Shown here one piece after another: positions 38,351-51,456 of a stretch of DNA of 64,000 nucleotides. Position numbers and translations under genes: made by a program. The notes under the pieces are model-generated. The model was not told the DNA's origin. It made no database searches and saw nothing but the letters and a program-made list of their open reading frames with translations. Location: contig CATNEN010000029.1 in assembly GCA_950097015.1 (NCBI GenBank), forward strand, positions 8,432,001-8,496,000, given 5' to 3'. Origin of the DNA: Macrostomum hystrix. Its lineage: Eukaryota > Animalia > Platyhelminthes. Within the stretch, counting starts at the first letter, position 1; the number at the start of each line of letters is the position of its first letter.

Positions 38351-39719
38351 CACATGCACTTAGTCACTCCAGCTAGGTATTTTATCGCATAAGTTTCCAT
38401 AGCTGTAACACTAATCGCTGTTGACAAAGGGTTCAAATCGGCTGACAGACACACATGCGGCATGGCACAATAGAAGCATCACACCATCGTGAAGGTGTTG
38501 CTAGACTACCAGGGTCACAGGTAAGCACAGCAGACAGGATCTATAAGCCTATAAGATGGCTTTGTTAATTGGATTCCTGTTTGAGGTGAGCAAATTTAAT
38601 TGGCGTCCCGTGGGGTCGCAGGCATATTGTTGAGCAGTGTCCCATCTTGCTTGCCGTCTCTTTCGTTTGATTTATTTTTTTACACTCTTGCCCCATCTCG
38701 AGACGCGAGATTCTCTTGGATTCTTTGGAATTCATTTCGTTTTTTTCTTTTGTTATTCTCTCGCCTCCTTTCGATGCCAAAGCCCGGGCCAACAATGGGT
38801 GATTGGCGGCTTTTGTTTGATCAGCTATAGGATGCCTACAAATATTTGTACAGAGATATTGCCGCCTATATGACGGGAAACAAATGTTATATTGTCTCTC
38901 TCATCTGTATTTGTATCGACAGTGTAAGAACCTTGTGCATCGCTGAATGCTTAAAAAATTATGAAATTTTAATTAGAATAAAAATTCGATTCAGACCTGA
39001 CAAATATAGTTTGTTATAATAGCTCGAACATATCGAAACATTCTATTTTCCCGCCTTATCGGATGCATTAATAATGATAAGAGTTTTTTATTCCTTGCTG
39101 TTGCACAATTGTGATAGGCCCACGGGCGATCTGAAAATCAGTTGCTAAGGCCGCTAGCTATCTATTAGCGATATCTGCTGTTTTGCCGTTGTTGTTAAGA
39201 AAAAAGTGTTAATTACATCCTTAACACTATAGGGGAGCTCAGTAGAGCCGGCTCAATATCTCTGCTTGACATTTGCCGCAGATGAAATCGACACCCAAGT
39301 TTGAGTAGAAGTTCTGGTTAGTTGTAACTGAGCGCGGTGGTAATAAAAACAGCGCCATTGTCTCTATGTTCCCTGCCATCATTTTCGCATTAACAGCTCT
39401 TGAAATCAAATGTACACACGACAGACTGAAATCATGGTAATACTAGTCTAAAATAATCACAGTTTCTCATTGTTAAGTTTTCTGTTATTTTTATCAAAGA
39501 ATCGCTGGTTTTTTCTAAAACTTCTCCAATTTCACTTAAAAATATTCCACTAGATTTAAACACAAAATTCAAATCAACATTTGATTTTGTTACGTCCAGT
39601 GACCAGTATTAGAAATTCCATGGAAAGACCACAAACTGAAAATCCCAATGGGTACTCTGCAAACAATGACCATGGAACCTAACCTTCGAATATATTTATC
39701 CCTGTCTCCTCTCTGCTTT

Positions 39720-40457
39720 CTCATTTCTCCATGTCTCATCTCTCCGGTGTCTTATCTCTCCCGTATCTCGTCTCTCTAGAGTCTCATCTCTTCTGTGTCT
39801 CATCTCTCCCCTTTCTCATCTCTCCCCTGTCTCATCTCTCCCCTGTCTCATCTCTCCCCTGTCTCATCTCTCCCCTGTCTCATCTCTCCCCTGTCTCATC
39901 TCTCCCCTGTCTCATCTCTCCCCTGTCTCATCTCTCCCCTGTCTCATCTCTCCCCTGTCTCATCTCTCCCCTGTCTCATCTCTCCCCTGTCTCATCTCTC
40001 CCCTGTCTCATCTCTCCCCTGTCTCATCTCTCCCCTGTCTCATCTCTCCCCTGTCTCATCTCTCACCTGTTTTATCTCTCTCCTGTCTCATCTCTCCCGT
40101 GTCTCATCTCTCCCTGTGTCTCATCTCTCCCTGTGTCTTATCGCTCACCTGTCTCATCTCTCCCCTGTCTCATCTCTCCCCTGTCTCATCTCTCCCCTGT
40201 CTCATCTCTCCCCTGTCTCATCTCTCCCCTGTCTCATTTCTCCCCTGTCTCATCTCTCCCCTGTCTCATCTCTCCCCTGTCTCATCTCTCCCCTGTCTCA
40301 TTTCTCCCCTGTCTCATCTCTCCCCTGTCTCATCTCTCTCCTGTCTCATCTCTCCCGTGTCTCATCTCTCCCTGTGTCTTATCTCTCACCTGTCTTATCT
40401 CTCCCGTGTCTCATCTCTCCCGTGTCTCATCTCTCCCTTTTCTCATCTCTCCCCTGT
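39720..40457. repeat. 16-bp pyrimidine-rich minisatellite (CTGTCTCATCTCTCCC)n
   Basis: About 45 copies ending about 360 bp upstream of the FoxG ATG. Confidence 0.96.
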
Positions 40458-40539
40458 CATTAAGCTTCTCAAAGTTAAGTGTGAGAGTGTGCGAGTGTGT
40501 TTGCGAGTGTTTGTTTAGGATTGTTATATTCACTAAGCC

Positions 40540-40700
40540 TTGCTATTGGCCAATCTAAGGAATCTGGGTAAAATTTCCCAACCAAAGCCTTCCCCCCCAG
40601 ATGCGCTGTGGCGGCTGGGGAGGCTGGGCGCAGGTGATGCCGCCCAGTCGCATTGGGCGAGCTTCCTGATTGGCTGTCCCGGATGGGGCATTGGCAGATG
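40540..40700 (+). promoter_or_regulatory. Candidate FoxG proximal promoter with CCAAT boxes
   Basis: ATTGGCCAAT near 40545, CTGATTGG near 40667, further ATTGG motifs, GC-rich, directly 5' of the ORF. Confidence 0.4.
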
Positions 40701-40814
40701 GGGTTGGGAAGCGCGCCAGGCTAAAAGGGATCACATTCCGGGACCCAGGCAGCTCTCCACTTATCGGCGGAATTCTCGGGCGAATTTTCTGTTCCAATTT
40801 CACCATCTGGCATC

Positions 40815-42200
40815 ATGACAATGAGAAGTCCGCAACAGCAGCAGCAGCAGCCGCTTAGCCGTTTCGCAAGCAATTTCTCCATTCGCAATATGCTCGGTGT
40901 CAATAGCGGCAACAGCAGCAGCGGCAGCGACGACAACAGCGACAGCGACTGCAGTGACGTCAGCTCTAGCGAGCGTCGTCGCCGACAACCGCTGCCTCTG
41001 CCGCCGAGGTCAACGCCGCGCCCAGAGCCGCCATCGAAGAAGCGTCGCCGTCAGCGACATTGTCGACGCGCTCAATTTGAGCTCGCCGCGGTTACAACGG
41101 CAGTAAAACTGCCAAAGCCAGATGTCGGCGGCGAGGCTGCAGAGTCGGCGGAGGCGGAGGCGGCAGACTCTGTCGCTGCCGAGGACATCGACATCGGCGG
41201 CGGTTCTGACGAAGACGAAGAAGAGACGACGCTGAGAGAGGGCAGCTCGGACAAACCGGAGCTCCAGGAATCGGCGGCTAGCAAGTCGCCAGACGGCGAT
41301 GCCGAGGGCGCCAGCAAAGCTGGTCAGCGGGGCAACGAGAAGCCGCCCTTCAGCTACAACGCGCTCATCATGATGGCCATCAGGAGCAGCGTGGAAAAGA
41401 AGCTGACTCTCAACGGCATCTACGAGTTCATTGTGAAGAACTTTCCGTACTATCGGGAGAACAAGCAGGGCTGGCAGAACTCAATCCGGCACAACCTGTC
41501 ACTGAACAAGTGCTTCGTCAAGGTGCCGAGAAGCTACGATGATCCCGGCAAAGGCAACTACTGGATGCTGGATCCGTCCTGCGACGATGTCTACATCGGC
41601 GGCACCACTGGTAAGCTGCGCCGTAGGACAACCTCGCTGCAGCGGTCTCGCCTGTTCGGCCTGCGCTGCGGTCTGATCCCGCCTGGCGGCGGCGGCGGAG
41701 TCGGCGGACCGCCGGCCGGCGCCGGCCCGGCAGGCCATCCGGACTGGGCGGGCCTGCCCAGGCTGCCTTATCCGCCCCCGCATCCGCTGGGATTCGCGGC
41801 TGCAGCCGCAGCTGCGGCGGCCGCCGGCTACCTGCCGCCCGGAGCCTATCACCACCACCCGCCGTCGCTGCCTCCGCCGCCACCGCTGCCCCATTCGTTG
41901 CACGGTCACGCAGGCCATCCGCTTCAGCACCATCTGCAGTCGCACGCGCCTCTTGACTTGGCCTGCCGACTGACAATCCAGTCCCAGCAGCAGCAGCAGC
42001 AGCATTCGCCGTCGTCTGTCTCGTCGTCCCAGTCGATGATGGCGGAGCGAACCGTCGGCGCACCTGCCTCAGCGAGCTCCAGCACGGCGGCGGCTGCAGC
42101 TGCGGCCGCGGCGGCCGCGGCAGCCTGGGCGCCATTCCTGCGAGTTCCCTTCTACCCGCCGACCTGCGCGCTGCCGCAGCTTCACCCGGGTCAGAGATAA
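40815..42200 (+). CDS. FOXG: Forkhead box G (FoxG/BF-1) transcription factor, intronless
   Basis: eh1-like FSIRNML; forkhead domain [15 protein letters not shown]...[58 protein letters not shown] followed by the FoxG-diagnostic [14 protein letters not shown]; AATAAA about 70 nt after the stop. Confidence 0.97.
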   Translation: MTMRSPQQQQQQPLSRFASNFSIRNMLGVNSGNSSSGSDDNSDSDCSDVSSSERRRRQPLPLPPRSTPRPEPPSKKRRRQRHCRRAQFELAAVTTAVKLPKPDVGGEAAESAEAEAADSVAAEDIDIGGGSDEDEEETTLREGSSDKPELQESAASKSPDGDAEGASKAGQRGNEKPPFSYNALIMMAIRSSVEKKLTLNGIYEFIVKNFPYYRENKQGWQNSIRHNLSLNKCFVKVPRSYDDPGKGNYWMLDPSCDDVYIGGTTGKLRRRTTSLQRSRLFGLRCGLIPPGGGGGVGGPPAGAGPAGHPDWAGLPRLPYPPPHPLGFAAAAAAAAAAGYLPPGAYHHHPPSLPPPPPLPHSLHGHAGHPLQHHLQSHAPLDLACRLTIQSQQQQQQHSPSSVSSSQSMMAERTVGAPASASSSTAAAAAAAAAAAAAWAPFLRVPFYPPTCALPQLHPGQR

Positions 42201-43495
42201 ACAAAAACCCGCTGTACAGCTCGCTTTGATTGGACTCTAGAAATGCCTATCATACTCTTACGATTTCAATGCAATAAAATTGCCGTACAAAAGTAGAAAT
42301 TCAGTTTTTTGCTGTTAGAAAATGTTATTATTCTTTGTCTATATAAAAGCGTTTGTTCAATCTCTTTGGTCTGATCGATCGAAACTCTAAAAAAATGCTT
42401 AATATTTCTCTATTATCCCTTTGGGAAAACCCATAATATACACAATATAGAAGGAGAGGAAATGCAGCAATTTGAGATTTTTCTGTTTTTGTCTGCTTTA
42501 AGCATATTGAACAAAATTCTGTCGCACTTGCAGAAAAAACTGCTTTTACTTCAGTTTTCTAAAATATTTTTGCAAACATTTTCACCCCGCTGGGAGCTGT
42601 TGGGTGTAAACTGTGTGCAGTGGGTTAGCCTAGCAACTGACGAATGCTTTCAAAATGGAACTGGACTTAAAGTTTAACCCAGCGGGGCTGAAACTGCAAA
42701 GAAAAACAAAATCCCTCTCCTTTTTTGCGCGGGACCATAAGGAGACAAACTAAATGATTTTTGTCTCGCCAATAAGCAGTTTTTATCGGTGCCTAAGGTT
42801 ACCTGTTTATAATCTGTTGTCTGTTTAGCTTGTAGTCGGTGTCCCTTGGCGCACATGTAATGCAAATATACAGATGCTGTTTAATAATAACAAAATTAAT
42901 CGATGTTTGTGCAAAACTTGTGAAAAAAAACTACTTTTTTGTTAGACACAGCTTACTTGGACAAGCAACTTTTTTTCATAGTCGGTCATTAACTGGATGA
43001 CAGAGAACGGTGAGTGATCTCAGTCTGTGATCTACTTCTGCTGTACGCAAACCCGCTCCCATAAGAGTGGGTTAATATTTTTAATTACAGTCAATCGGAC
43101 CAAACTGACCCGAGATCGCAAGAGAGGGAGCTTCATCAGCTTGCACAGCTCAGTCTGGGGGGCAGCCTAATCAGTGAGATCTATGCGGCATCTATAGAAC
43201 AAGGACTAAATCTATTCGTGGGCAGTCTTTGTGCGTGCCATCGGTACCGACCTGAGATCCTTGTCTACTAACTATAGCCCTGTGTTGTGTGTGTATTCTG
43301 CTGCAGGCCAGCACAGCAGGAAATCTATATATATAGATACAGTCGAGTGACTGCGGGCGAGACATCAATGTTGAAGACGCTTCAGATTGATGACCTGCTG
43401 GAGTTAGACACTGCTGCATTTCGCTGCTAAAGTTATTTCAATTAACTTCAAGGTTCACCCTGTTTAATTGAAACCTGGGCATTGTCTTACGTCCT

Positions 43496-45055
43496 GAATT
43501 CTGTATCGTTTGGTTAACTGTGGGAATTGTGTCATGAATGCTTTCCGAGCAACTTTGAAATCAATAGGACTCCATAAGAATCTTCCCAGTTCAGAATCTT
43601 CCCAATTCAGAATCTTCACAATTCAGAATCATCACAATTCAGAATCTTCCCAATTCAGAATCTTCCCAATTCAGAATCATCACAATTCAGAATCTTCACA
43701 ATTCAGAATCATCACAATTCAGAATCTTCCCATCTCAGACTATTCCCAATTCAGAATCTTCCCAATTCAGAATCTTGCCAATTCAGAATCTTCCCAATTC
43801 AGAATCTTCCCAATTCAGAATCTCCAAAATCAAGAATCTTCCCAATTCAGAATCTTCCCAATTCAGAATTCTGTATCGTTTGGTTAACTGTGGGAATATG
43901 TCATGAATGCTTTCCGAGCAACTTTGAAATCAATAGGACTCCATAAGAATCTTCCCAATTCAGAATCTTCCCATCTCAGACTATTCCCAATTCAGAATCT
44001 TCCCAATTCAGAATCTTCCCAATTCAGAATCTCCAAAATCAAGAATCTTCCCAGTTCAGAATCTTCCCAATTCAGAATCTTCCCAATTCAGAATCTTCCC
44101 AATTCAGAATCTTCCCAATTCAGAATCTTCCCAATTCAGAATCTTCCCAATTCAGAATCTTCCCAATTCAGAATCTTCACAATTCAGAATCATCACAATT
44201 CAGAATCTTCCCATCTCAGACTATTCCCAATTCAGAATCTTCCCAATTCAGAATCTTGCCAATTCAGAATCTTCACAATTCAGAATCTTGCCAATTCAGA
44301 ATCTTCCCAATTCAGAATCTTCCCAATTCAGAATCATCACAATTCAGAATCTTCACAATTCAGAATCATCACAATTCAGAATCTTCCCATCTCAGACTAT
44401 TCCCAATTCAGAATCTTCCCAATTCAGAATCTTGCCAATTCAGAATCTTCCCAATTCAGAATCTTCCCAATTCAGAATCTCCAAAATCAAGAATCTTCCC
44501 AATTCAGAATCTTCCCAATTCAGAATTCTGTATCGTTTGGTTAACTGTGGGAATATGTCATGAATGCTTTCCGAGCAACTTTGAAATCAATAGGACTCCA
44601 TAAGAATCTTCCCAATTCAGAATCTTCCCATCTCAGACTATTCCCAATTCAGAATCTTCCCAATTCAGAATCTTCCCAATTCAGAATCTCCAAAATCAAG
44701 AATCTTCCCAGTTCAGAATCTTCCCAATTCAGAATCTTCCCAATTCAGAATCTTCCCAATTCAGAATCTTCCCAATTCAGAATCTTCCCAATTCAGAATC
44801 TTCCCAATTCAGAATCTTCCCAATTCAGAATCTTCCCAATTCAGAATCTTCCCAATTCAGAATCTTCCCAATTCAGAATCTTCCCAATTCAGAATCTTCC
44901 CAATTCAGAATCTTCCCAATTCAGAATCTTCCCAATTCAGAATCTTCCCAATTCAGAATCTTCCCAATTCAGAATCTTCCCAATTCAGAATCTTCCCAAT
45001 TCAGAATCTTGCCAATTCAGAATCTTCCCAATTCAGAATCTTCCCAATTCAGAAT
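43496..45055. repeat. 16-bp minisatellite (AATTCAGAATCTTCCC)n with three copies of an ~85-bp unique spacer (higher-order repeat)
   Basis: Spacer GAATTCTGTATCGTTTGG...CATAAG starts at 43496, 43866 and 44523. Confidence 0.95.
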
Positions 45056-45959
45056 TGTGAATTGAAGCAGCTGCCTGGTCGCCTTATGAGCGATCTGGCG
45101 CTGTTATAAATTTCAATTTGTCGGCCCCCTGCCGTGATCGCCCGGGAAATTTTTGTTTGTGAAAAAGGCAACCCAGCGAAATGACTGAAAGCTAAAAGTA
45201 AAGAAGTATTGAGTAGTTTATTGGACTCGGGAGTCTAATTGCTGTGCTCAGGTTGGTTTTATTTTGCAGACCGCCCGCTTTGTTGCCTCATTTTTCACTT
45301 CTTATTATAGCCTAGCATGGCTTGTTTGTTGTTTGGCTAAAAACTAATTTGCCACACAGCGCCGCATTGAAATTTATAAGAAGGAAAAAAAGTTTTCCAC
45401 TCGAATTAGTTTTTCAATCATGCGAGAGTCGAGGCTCAGACGAGCTCTCTGCCCTGTGAAAGCATTATTAGCAGTGTTCGCGCACATGAGTACATAGCTA
45501 CTGAGCAGCAAGTTTGCTCACGGCAAGAAACTTCCGAAGACAGAAACAGCTCAGTGCCTCTCGAAAAATTTGTTTTTAGCATCAAGCAACTTAAAAAAAG
45601 GATTTTGAAAAAAATAACACTTGTTGGTAATTGAAAACTCGCCACTACAATGGGAGGATTTGAGTGTTAAAGTTTTGTCACAATGGCACACCGAACCCTT
45701 GGCATTATAGGTATCAAAGTCTGCTTGAAACCTGACTGCCTTCTAAGTCTTTGGTGTTGAATTTCAGTCTAAATAATTTCCCAAAAACACTTTACGATTT
45801 CATTCATCCCTCACACTGAGATTAGTCATCAAATACTCCAATGGGAATTTGGGATAACAATTATGTGCGCCTACACAATGCACTATATTCCTAGAAACAG
45901 ACTTACTGAAGTTTAATACTTCCATCATTCCACAGAAAAAATTCCTTCCTCACAGAATA

Positions 45960-47408
45960 ATCCTTTTTTCATTCACAGAATCCAGTTCCTTCATTCACAG
46001 AATCCATTTCCTTCATTCACAGAATCCAGTTCCTTCATTCACAGAATCCAGTTCCTTCATTCACAGAATCCAGTTCCTTCATTCACAGAATCCAGTTCCT
46101 TCATTCACAGAATCCAGTTCCTTCATTCACAGAATCCAGTTCGTTCATTCACAGAATCTAGTTCCTTCATTCACAGAATCCAGTTCCTTCATTCACAGAA
46201 TCTAGTTCCTTCATTCACAGAATCTAGTTCCTTCATTCACAGAATCAAGTTCCATCATTCACAGAATCTAGTTCCTTCATTCACAGAATCTAGTTCCATC
46301 ATTCACAGAATCTAGTTCCTTCATTCACAGAATCAATTTCCTTCATTCACAGAATCTAGTTCCTTCATTCACAGAATCCATTTCCTTCATTCACAGAATC
46401 TAGTTCCTTCATTCACAGAATCTAGTTCCTTCATTCACAGAATCCATTTCCTTCATTCACAGAATCTAGTTCCTTCATTCACAGAATCTAGTTCCTTCAT
46501 TCACAGAATCAAGTTCCATCATTCACAGAATCTAGTTCCTTCATTCACAGAATCCATTTCCTTCATTCACAGAATCTAGTTCCTTCATTCACAGAATCAA
46601 TTTCCTTCATTCACAGAATCTAGTTCCTTCATTCACAGAATCCATTTCCTTCATTCACAGAATCTAGTTCCTTCATTCACAGAATCTAGTTCCTTCATTC
46701 ACAGAATCTAGTTCCTTCATTCACAGAATCCATTTCCTTCATTCACAGAATCTAGTTCCTTCATTCACAGAATCTAGTTCCTTCATTCACAGAATCAAGT
46801 TCCATCATTCACAGAATCTAGTTCCTTCATTCACAGAATCAAGTTCCATCATTCACAGAATCTAGTTCCTTCATTCACAGAATCAATTTCCTTCATTCAC
46901 AGAATCTAGTTCCTTCATTCACAGAATCCATTTCCTTCATTCACAGAATCTAGTTCCTTCATTCACAGAATCAATTTCCTTCATTCACAGAATCCATTTC
47001 CTTCATTCACAGAATCTAGTTCCTTCATTCACAGAATCCATTTCCTTCATTCACAGAATCAAGTTCCATCATTCACAGAATCTAGTTCCTTCATTCACAG
47101 AATCAAGTTCCATCATTCACAGAATCAAGTTCCATCATTCACAGAATCAATTTCCTTCATTCACAGAATCCATTTCCTTCATTCACAGAACTAGTTCCAT
47201 CATTCACAGAATCCATTTCCTTTATTCACAGAATCCATTTCTTTCATTCACAGAATCCATTTCCTTCATTCACAGAATCAAGTTCCATCATTCACAGAAT
47301 CTAGTTCCTTCATTCACAGAATCCATTTCCTTCATTCACAGAACTAGTTCCATCATTCACAGAATCCATTTCCTTCATTCACAGAATCCATTTCCTTCAT
47401 TCACAGAA
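45960..47408. repeat. 22-bp minisatellite (TTCATTCACAGAATCTAGTTCC)n
   Basis: About 65 copies. Confidence 0.96.
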
Positions 47409-48029
47409 CATATGATTACTTTATACACAATAGTTATCATCACTTATAAAAATGCTTACTATCGCACTCAAAGAAAAAATAGATTGTGAATAATGTCAGT
47501 GGCACGGTCGATTGTCAATCGGCCTGTACGCTCGTAATAAAGAATGCAAATAAAACAACAAAAATCAGATTGTTTACCCAATCAGCAGGGCCTAAATAAA
47601 ACATTCTTTGCTCCAGATTCACTGATTGATAAAGAAGTTTTGTGTCGGCAATGCTGCTTACAATATCCTATCTATACAATTACTTTTATTGTTCTGATTT
47701 AATTCTGCATTGATGGCTTGTGTGTTTGATTGTTTGCTTGACCACTTTGGATGGTTGGAGTGGAGACATAGGGCGCATAGTCCACTGACTAAACTTTACT
47801 TTGGAGAATTATCTTCCGTCTACAAATATTATTAATTATCATTCCTAGCTAACACTCAACAAACATACAAGTATAGTCACCCCTCCTATTTCTTAGTCTT
47901 GTTCCTCGGCAAGTCTTTGTTGGCATCTTAGTGCGCAAATAAACTAAATGATGATATATCCCACTGAACGATCTGCGTGGTGCGTGATTTTCTACGAATC
48001 GTACAAAAATTGCATGAATTCTCACAGAA

Positions 48030-48502
48030 TAACAATTTCATACATATAGCTTCATCGATTCACAGGATCCAGCTTCATCTATTCGCAGGATCCAGCTTCA
48101 TCAATTACCGGAATACAGCTTCATCGATTCACAGGATCCAGCTTCATCGATTCACAGAATCCAGCTTCATCAATTACCGGAATACAGCTTCATCGATTCA
48201 CAGAATCTAGCTACATCGATTCACAGGATCCAGCTTCATCTATTCGCAGAATCCAGCTTCATCGATTCACAGAATCCAGCTTCATCTATTCGCAGAATCC
48301 AGCTTCATCGATTCACAGAATCCAGCTTCATCGATTCACAGAATCCAGCTACATCGATTCACAGGATCCAGCTTCATCTATTCGCAGAATCGAGCTTCAT
48401 CGATTCACAGAATCCAGCTTCATCGATTCACAGAATCCAGCTACATCGATTCACAGGATCCAGCTTCATCTATTCGCAGAATCGAGCTTCATCGATTCAC
48501 AG
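48030..48502. repeat. 23-bp minisatellite (ATCGATTCACAGAATCCAGCTTC)n
   Basis: About 20 copies. Confidence 0.95.
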
Positions 48503-49349
48503 ACTACAGTTCCTTATTTGATGCTAAAATAAAAGTAGTCAAAAGCCCAGTTAAACAAATTCAAAGCTAGCAGTCGCGTCTCCATGATCGGGGAAGTCAG
48601 CGGGCGGTGCAGGAAGTGGACAGGTGACTCCACGCGCGACAGTCTTGACTGTCGGCAGCAGCTGTCGCGGTGCACAATTCCACTGAGGTTTACACAGCAA
48701 TGAACAATTATATGCATTTATATTTATACAATTCCCTATCACTGACCCTCAAAAGCGAAAAGCCGAACGCCTTGGAAACAAGCATTTTAGCTTGGGGCAG
48801 CCGGGAGACAGGGTCTTAGGCTGCCAAATTCTTGGCCAAAGCCACAAAAATGGAGCAACAGGCGACTTGTGTTGCAGTTTATTTAAAAATAAACTTCTTT
48901 CGCCAGTTGGCGGAGCAAGTCAAAACTTTTTAACAAATAATTTGAAGGCCGAATTAGTCCAGGGATTGCTTGTTATCCGGCTGCGACAAACCAGGCGTTC
49001 ATAAATTTTTTTTTAACAAAATGGCTTTCACTCAGCGGGCCAGTGCACAATACGCAAGGAGGCCAATGAAGCGAGGCGGCCCCCCGAGGGTCTTCTCGGT
49101 GGCTATAGCAACCAGAACCGATAGTCAATATAGAATTCTACCAAGGGCAGTTTCAGTTTGCTATTGGCCTGCCGCGTGGACCTTTTGGCAAGGTGAGCGA
49201 CACGAATCTCCGCTGTCACTGTGCCCAAGACTTCTAAGTGAGGATTTAAAGAGGCTGATAAACTGATAATCAGCTGTTGCGCCTTGTCCGCTATAATAGA
49301 CATGACTTAACTGAGTGAGATTCGTAAGTTGACTTTAGTACAGATTTAG

Positions 49350-50110
49350 CCATCTCTCCTCTTTTACCCCGTGCCATCTCTCCTCCTTTACCACGTCCCA
49401 TCTCTCATCCTTTACCCCGTGCCATCTCTCCTCTTTTACCCCGTGTCATCTCTCATCCTTTACCCCGTGCCATCTCTCCTCCTTTACCACGTCCCATCTC
49501 TCATCCTTTACCCCGTGCCATCTCTCCTCCTTTACCACGTCCCATCTCTCATCCTTTACCCCGTGCCATCTCTCCTCTTTTACCCCGTGTCATCTCTCAT
49601 CCTTTACCCCGTGCCATCTCTCCTCTTTTACCCCGTGTCATCTCTCATCCTTTACCCCGTGCCATCTCTCCTCTTTTACCCCGTGCCATCTCTCCTCTTT
49701 TACCACATCCCATCTCTCATCCTTTACCCCTTGCCATCTCTCCTCTTTTACCCCGTGTCATCTCTCATCCTTTACCCCGTGCCATCTCTCCTCTTTTACC
49801 CCGTGTCATCTCTCATCCTTTACCCCGTGCCATCTCTCCTCTTTTACCCCGTGCCATCTCTCATCCTTTACCCCGTGCCATCTCTCCTCTTTTACCCGGT
49901 GCCATCTCTCCCATTTTAACCCGTGCCATCTCTCCTCTTTTACCCCGTTCCATCTCTCCCCTTTTAACCCGTGCCATCTCTCCTCTTGTCTCGTGCCATC
50001 TCTCCTCTTTACTCGTGCCATCTCTCCTCTTTACTCGTGCCATCTCTCCTCTTTACTCGTACCATCTCTCCTCTTTACTCGTGATATCTCTCCTCTTGTC
50101 TCGTGCCATC
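49350..50110. repeat. 24-bp minisatellite (CCATCTCTCCTCTTTTACCCCGTG)n grading into a 22-bp variant
   Basis: Tandem copies; explains ORF 49371-49919. Confidence 0.95.
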
Positions 50111-51089
50111 TCTTCTCTAATGCCTTGTCATCTCTCCGGTCCCACTACCCCGTGCCATGCACCATGCCCTATCGATGCTGGCAGAAATTTGTGACTTTTA
50201 TGCTTAAAAAAACGCGGCGAATTACCTAAAAAAGGACATCGTGAGTGCAGCCCATGGGGCACACTGTTAGTTATAGTGATGTATCAGCTCGCATGTAACA
50301 GCCATTTCACTGCACTCGTTTGCCCAACAAATGGGCACCTATATTTATCATCTGGGAGCACAATAATAACAGTAATAATTAAGATATTTTAGGCCAACAC
50401 AGGGAGGCTAAAGACAAGTTACTTGACGTTCTAGGAGCACGCAGAGATTGGGCCGTGTGGGGCTGAGCAATTACGCATGTTTGAGCTGACTTTAAAACCC
50501 TCCCCTTCCAGACGGTGAGACACAGCGGGACAGGAGGTGGGAGTTGCATGCGGGATTCACCATCTGTGCCTATAGACAGTCGATGAAGCCAGGAGTTAAT
50601 AAGGCGGAGCCAGATTGGGGAAAATCACTGTGATTATAGGTAAAAAAAGCTTTCCTCCCTATCCACAAGGCTGGACTCAAGACGAGGTGTCTCGAGACTC
50701 AAGACTATATGGCGCAACTAGGGAGTCAATATGCTTAATAGCAGCAGCAGCAGCAGCAGCAGCGGCAGCAGCAGCATCCGCCCCCCAACAGAGAAGAGAT
50801 CACGCCGAACACAATAAAAATGGCGCCCAAGAAGACTCGCCATCTCAAAGCAAAGCGGAAGCAGCAGAGCTTTTGTCTATTTCACTGTCGTCGCGTGATT
50901 AATTGAGCAACAAATAGGCCAAAAAGGGAGGGAGGACCATCTATACAGACTGGCTCACGCGCGCCTCGCCGCGGCCCACTGCTTCTAGCAATTGATGAAA
51001 AATACATGGCCAGGAGGTCTGCCTGTTTTTCATCATTTATACTACCTTCAGTGCTCATTCTACAAACATGAGTGGTATAGCCCACTGCC

Positions 51090-51456
51090 AGGGGGTCGGT
51101 GGCAGAGCGGTTAACGCGTTTGCCACTCGCACCACAGTCCCTAAGTTCGATTCCACGGCGAGGCCACATTTATTTGGGGCGCAGCCGCGGAGAGAAGGCT
51201 TGGGGGCTTGTCGTGCAATTTACGCCCTTGAGGGCCAACCTCCAAGGCACAGTTAGAGTGTACACTGCCTGACGATGAGAAAGTCAGGGCAGATGTACAC
51301 AGCTGTGTGAGCGTGTGCCTGCGTACGGCATCTGTGTGCGTGTGTGCTCAGGAGTCAGCGAAATGGGCAGAATTGCCTCCTCGCTGGCTGCGGGTCTAGT
51401 GTCACTAAATTATGTGTCATTGCCCGCAGCCCTCCTGCAATTATTATTATTATTAT
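51090..51456 (+). mobile_element. tRNA-derived SINE, copy 2, full length with TSD
   Basis: A-box TGGCAGAGCGG, B-box GTTCGATTCC, (ATT)n tail, 12-bp TSD TAGCCCACTGCC at 51078-51089 and 51457-51468. Confidence 0.9.

Noticed and set aside
41499-42204. Antisense ORFs over FoxG
   Set aside because: Shadow ORFs of a GC-rich coding sequence.
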